From Deinococcota bacterium (GTDB lineage Bacteria; Deinococcota; Deinococci; Deinococcales; Thermaceae): a DNA stretch of 64,000 nt. The stretch is from positions 1 through 64,000 of the forward strand of contig JBGFRI010000045.1 in the NCBI GenBank assembly GCA_041695225.1, given 5' to 3'. This document shows, piece by piece, positions 58,632 through 64,000 of the stretch (position 1 is the stretch's first letter; every line of letters starts with the position of its first letter). The notes beneath the pieces were generated by a model, which saw nothing but the letters and a program-made list of their open reading frames with translations, did no database searches and was not told the DNA's origin. The translations under genes and the position numbers were made by a program.

Positions 58632-59198
58632 ATGTCTAAACTCGAAGATATTCTGCAAAAAGAGGTTGCTGCCGAAATTGGCGCGATTACGGCAGAGGCC
58701 GAAGCCCGGGCCAGGGCAATTGTGGAGGGTGCGCTGAATAACGCCGAAGCCATGAAGGCCAACAAGCAGCGGCTGCTCGAGGCCGAACGAGCGGCAGCTC
58801 TGCGCCGGGCCGAGAGTGCGGCGGAGCTGCTCTTGAGCCAGGCCCGCATTACCGCCAGAGGCCAGGTGATGGATCGGGTTAAGGACGAGGCCCGGCAGGC
58901 CCTACAGCGACTAACCTCCCAGCCCGAGTTTGGGGCGATTCTGCAAAAGCTGGCCGATGAAGCCCTGCAAAGCATCGGAAAGGCCGAAAAGGTGCTGGTT
59001 AACCCGGCCCACGCCTATTTGCTGAGCGCTTGGGCTCAGAGTAAAGGCCTAGAGCTGCAGACCGACGAGACCATCTGCGACGGGGTGCGGCTGGTAGCAC
59101 AGGGCGGCCGGGCCATTGTGCAAAATACCCTGACCGACCGCCTCGAGCGCTCGTGGGATGCCCTTTCGTCCAAGGCTGCCCGGGCCATCTGGAGTTAG
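58632..59198 (+). CDS. atpE: V/A-type ATP synthase subunit E
   Basis: MSKLEDIL..VQNTL.DRL; operon order. Confidence 0.93.
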   Translation: MSKLEDILQKEVAAEIGAITAEAEARARAIVEGALNNAEAMKANKQRLLEAERAAALRRAESAAELLLSQARITARGQVMDRVKDEARQALQRLTSQPEFGAILQKLADEALQSIGKAEKVLVNPAHAYLLSAWAQSKGLELQTDETICDGVRLVAQGGRAIVQNTLTDRLERSWDALSSKAARAIWS

Positions 59199-59200
59199 CT

Positions 59201-60187
59201 GTGCTTGCCCGCTTTACCTTTATTTACCTCAACACCAGGATACGCGCGAGGCGCGGCCGGATGCTTCCGGAGTCTTTTTTTCAGCAGGCCCTGGGCCAGA
59301 CTTTTCCTGGTTTTCTGCGGATGCTGTCCGAAACAGTCTACGGGGCTGACCTGATAGGCGAAACCCTGGGCGACGTGGATAGAGCGGTTTCTAACCACCT
59401 GACCCGCGACGTCGCCGACCTGCCCACCCTGGTCTCGGGTAAGATACGCGAGCTGATCAGCCTGCCTTTGCTGCGTGCAGACCTGATCAATCTCAAGGCC
59501 ATCCTGCGTGGCAAGCAGAGCGGCAAAGCACCCGAAGAAATTCGAGCCGGGCTACTGGGCGGCACCCTGAAGGAGCCGGTGCTGGCTGCTATGTTGCAGG
59601 CGCCTGACGCAGCAGGGGTGGCCCAGGTGCTGCAGCTGCCGGGTCATCCGCTAGCCAGGGCCCTGCGGAAAGCGTTGGCCGAGACCACCGAGCCTCTGGC
59701 GCTAGAAGTAGCGCTCGACCGCGACTTTTTCGCGGCTACCCTCGAAAAAGCCAAAAAGCTGCGCCAGCCTCGGATGACCGCTTTCCTGACTCTTGAACTA
59801 GACCTGACCAACCTGCTGACTGCCTTCAAACTACATTCGCTGGGCGCTGCTGACCTGGACCTGGAAAAGTATTTTGTGCTGGGGGGCAGGTGGGTAAGCC
59901 GCCTGGTCTTCGAGCGTGTAGCCTCGGGCGACCTTAGCGCCTTAGAGACGCTCGGGACAAGGGTGCTTGAGCCAGTCTCCGGAGCCCGCACCCTGGGTGA
60001 ACTCGAGCGTGCGACGCGAAGCATCCTGCTGGGGCAAGCCGCCAAACACGCTCGAGACACCCAGGGGGTTGGTCTGGCCCTGGATTTTATTTTACGCAAG
60101 CAGTGGGAGGCCAGCCGGGTCCGCCTGCTGGCCCGGCGAGCCTACTACAATCTTCCTGCCGATGCGGTGGCAAGGGAGATAACCTGA
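59201..60187 (+). CDS. atpC: V/A-type ATP synthase subunit C
   Basis: F.YLNTRIR, DL.NLKAILR, WEASRVRLLARR. Confidence 0.92.
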   Translation: MLARFTFIYLNTRIRARRGRMLPESFFQQALGQTFPGFLRMLSETVYGADLIGETLGDVDRAVSNHLTRDVADLPTLVSGKIRELISLPLLRADLINLKAILRGKQSGKAPEEIRAGLLGGTLKEPVLAAMLQAPDAAGVAQVLQLPGHPLARALRKALAETTEPLALEVALDRDFFAATLEKAKKLRQPRMTAFLTLELDLTNLLTAFKLHSLGAADLDLEKYFVLGGRWVSRLVFERVASGDLSALETLGTRVLEPVSGARTLGELERATRSILLGQAAKHARDTQGVGLALDFILRKQWEASRVRLLARRAYYNLPADAVAREIT

Positions 60188-60224
60188 TGCTGGCCAGGGC
60201 GCGGAGGTGAAAGGAAGTGATCAG

Positions 60225-60545
60225 ATGAAAATCGGGGTGCTGACCGATGCCGAGACGGCCTCGGGCTTCCGTATGGCGGGCCTCGAGGCGGTGACCACCA
60301 CTGCCGAGGAAGCGGCCAGGAAGCTAATCGAAATGATTCAGTCCGACCAGTATGCGCTAGTAGCAGTAGACCAGAGCCTGCTGCCCGACCCTACCCGGGC
60401 TACCGAGCGGGTTATGCGCGGGCGCAGTGCACCAGTACTACTTTTGTTGCCCAATCTGCTCGACAGCTTTAGCGGGGGTGACGATGCCAAGGCTTATATG
60501 CGCAAGCTGGTGAGGGAGACCATTGGGTTTGACATCAAGCTATGA
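60225..60545 (+). CDS. atpF: V/A-type ATP synthase subunit F
   Basis: D.ETASGFRMAG, YMRKLVRETIGFDIKL. Confidence 0.94.
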   Translation: MKIGVLTDAETASGFRMAGLEAVTTTAEEAARKLIEMIQSDQYALVAVDQSLLPDPTRATERVMRGRSAPVLLLLPNLLDSFSGGDDAKAYMRKLVRETIGFDIKL

Positions 60546-60547
60546 GT

Positions 60548-60620
60548 CTATAGCCCATAGCCGATAGCCCATAGCCAATGGCTAAAATACACTCCTGCTA
60601 TCAGCTATTGGCTATCAGCA
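60548..60620. repeat. Inverted heptamer array (ATAGCCC/GCTAT) inside the atp operon
   Basis: atagccc atagccg atagccc atagcc ... gctatca gctattg gctatca. Confidence 0.8.
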
Positions 60621-60638
60621 TCCGACAAAGGAGGATAT

Positions 60639-62375
<1,737 letters not shown>

Positions 62376-62601
62376 GAATACAGGATGTCGCAAGTCGCAT
62401 GTCGAAACAAACGGTGTCGAAAGATGAAGGCCTTCGACCTTAGACATTCCATTGACCTGAGACCCCAGACACCTCCAGATGATCAAGACAGCCGCCATGG
62501 GGGCGGTAAAGGCGTAAGAATACAGGATGTCGCAAGTCGCACGTCGCAAGTCCACATGACCTGAGACCTGTGACCTGAGACACCTCCACCAGGAGGATGA
62601 A

Positions 62602-64000
62602 ATGCTCAAGAAAGAATACAATGCCGTAACTTATGTCTCCGGCCCGCTGCTGTTCTTAGAAGGGGCTGCCGACCTGGCCTACGGCGCAATCGTAAATATT
62701 GACGACGGCGCGGGGCGCATACGCGGTGGTCAGGTAATTGAGGTCTCGGACAAGTACACCGTGCTGCAGGTCTTCGAGGAGACCTCGGGTCTGAACCTCG
62801 ACACCACCAGTGTCTCGCTGGTGGAGGACGTGGCCCGTCTGGGCGTTTCCAGGGAGATGGTTGGCCGGGCCTTCAACGGAATTGGCCGCCCGATTGATGG
62901 GCTGCCCCCGGTGGTGGCCGACCAGCGCCTGCCTATCAACGGCGCACCCATCAACCCTGTAGCCCGTGAAAAGCCCGAAGAGTTCATCCAGACCGGGGTC
63001 AGCGCCATTGATGTGAATATGACCCTGGTGCGCGGTCAGAAGCTGCCCATTTTCTCGGCCTCGGGCCTGCCGCACAACGAGCTGGCTGCCCAGATTGCCC
63101 GCCAGTCCAAGGTACTGGGTGAGGGTGAGGGCTTTGCGGTGGTTTTTGCTGCCATGGGCATCACCCAGCGCGAGGTCAGTTACTTCATGCAGGAGTTTGA
63201 GCGCACCGGGGCGCTCTCGCGCTCGGTGCTGTTTTTGAACAAAGCCGACGACCCCACCGTAGAACGCCTCCTGACCCCCCGCATGGCCCTTACCGCCGCC
63301 GAATATCTGGCCTTTGAGCACGACTACCATGTGCTGGTAATCCTGACCGACCTGACCAACTACTGCGAAGCCCTGCGAGAAATCGGTGGCGCCCGCGAGG
63401 AAATTCCGGGCCGCCGGGGCTATCCTGGCTACATGTACACCGACCTGGCATCGCTATACGAGAGGGCCGGAGTAGTACACGGCAAGAAGGGTTCAATAAC
63501 CCAGATCCCCATCCTCTCGATGCCGGGGGACGATATCACCCACCCCATCCCCGACCTCACCGGCTATATCACCGAAGGTCAGATCTTTATTGCCCGCGAC
63601 CTGGCCCAGCAGGGCATCTTTCCGCCCATTAATGTGCAGCCGTCGCTCTCGCGCTTGATGAACAACGGCATCGGCAAGGGCAAGACCCGCGCCGACCACA
63701 AGGAGCTGGCCGACCAGCTCTTCAGCTCCTATGCCCGCGGGGTAAACCTGCGCCGCCTGGTGGCTATTACCGGTGAGGATGCCCTGACCGAGACCGACAA
63801 GAAATACCTGCGCTTTGCTTCTAACTTCGAACAGAAATTCATCAACCAGGGCCAGAACGAGCGCTCCATCGAGGAGAGTCTGAACATCGGCTGGGCTTTG
63901 CTCGCCGACCTTCCGGCCTCGGAACTAAAGCGCATCCGCCGTGAGTACATCGAGACCTACCACCAGAAGACCGGTAAGCTGGAGGAATTGGTCGGCGCAT
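62602..64000 (+). CDS. atpB: V/A-type ATP synthase subunit B (runs to the window end)
   Basis: [62 protein letters not shown]. Confidence 0.96.
   Translation, partial: MLKKEYNAVTYVSGPLLFLEGAADLAYGAIVNIDDGAGRIRGGQVIEVSDKYTVLQVFEETSGLNLDTTSVSLVEDVARLGVSREMVGRAFNGIGRPIDGLPPVVADQRLPINGAPINPVAREKPEEFIQTGVSAIDVNMTLVRGQKLPIFSASGLPHNELAAQIARQSKVLGEGEGFAVVFAAMGITQREVSYFMQEFERTGALSRSVLFLNKADDPTVERLLTPRMALTAAEYLAFEHDYHVLVILTDLTNYCEALREIGGAREEIPGRRGYPGYMYTDLASLYERAGVVHGKKGSITQIPILSMPGDDITHPIPDLTGYITEGQIFIARDLAQQGIFPPINVQPSLSRLMNNGIGKGKTRADHKELADQLFSSYARGVNLRRLVAITGEDALTETDKKYLRFASNFEQKFINQGQNERSIEESLNIGWALLADLPASELKRIRREYIETYHQKTGKLEELVGA

Overview
GC-rich chromosomal segment, most consistent with a Meiothermus-like (Deinococcota) genome. 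The supporting evidence is a Thermus-type V/A-ATPase operon, a c552-like cytochrome, DUF3248/DUF3809 genes and many leaderless TANNNT-N6/7-start genes. Gene content in order: a Tat-exported sulfite oxidase with a diheme cytochrome c and a MOSC gene; addB and addA split by an HTH gene, an aminotransferase and a Doc-type TA pair; a liv ABC transporter whose livK is frameshifted at the start; an IS1016-like IS1595 element; a CstB-like persulfide dioxygenase, multi-rhodanese and TauE operon; icd; a nosZ-less nosD-F-L-L-Y-PCuAC copper cluster; a rhodanese lipoprotein, Lgt-TlpA fusion and CstR-like repressor operon; glyA; a GH13 amylase; a VapBC-type pair; dnaJ, bshC, crp, mqnD; an Ntn acylase; a CoA-transferase; galE; and atpGIKECFAB, with B cut by the window end. 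The main unannotated signals are: (1) a DUF2946/CutF-like upstream ORF with CxxC and an RGPP arrest motif whose codons pair with the nosD ribosome-binding region; (2) a shared 17-bp CsoR/CstR-type operator linking three sulfur loci; (3) an in-frame 288-bp palindromic tandem-repeat insertion inside the CoA-transferase; (4) an integron attC-like site on the VapBC pair; (5) a structured leader with a mini-ORF ahead of a class V aminotransferase; (6) a duplicated, diverged atpA 3' end; (7) abundant heptamer arrays and nested REP-like elements. All family assignments come from motif recognition by eye; no database searches were run.
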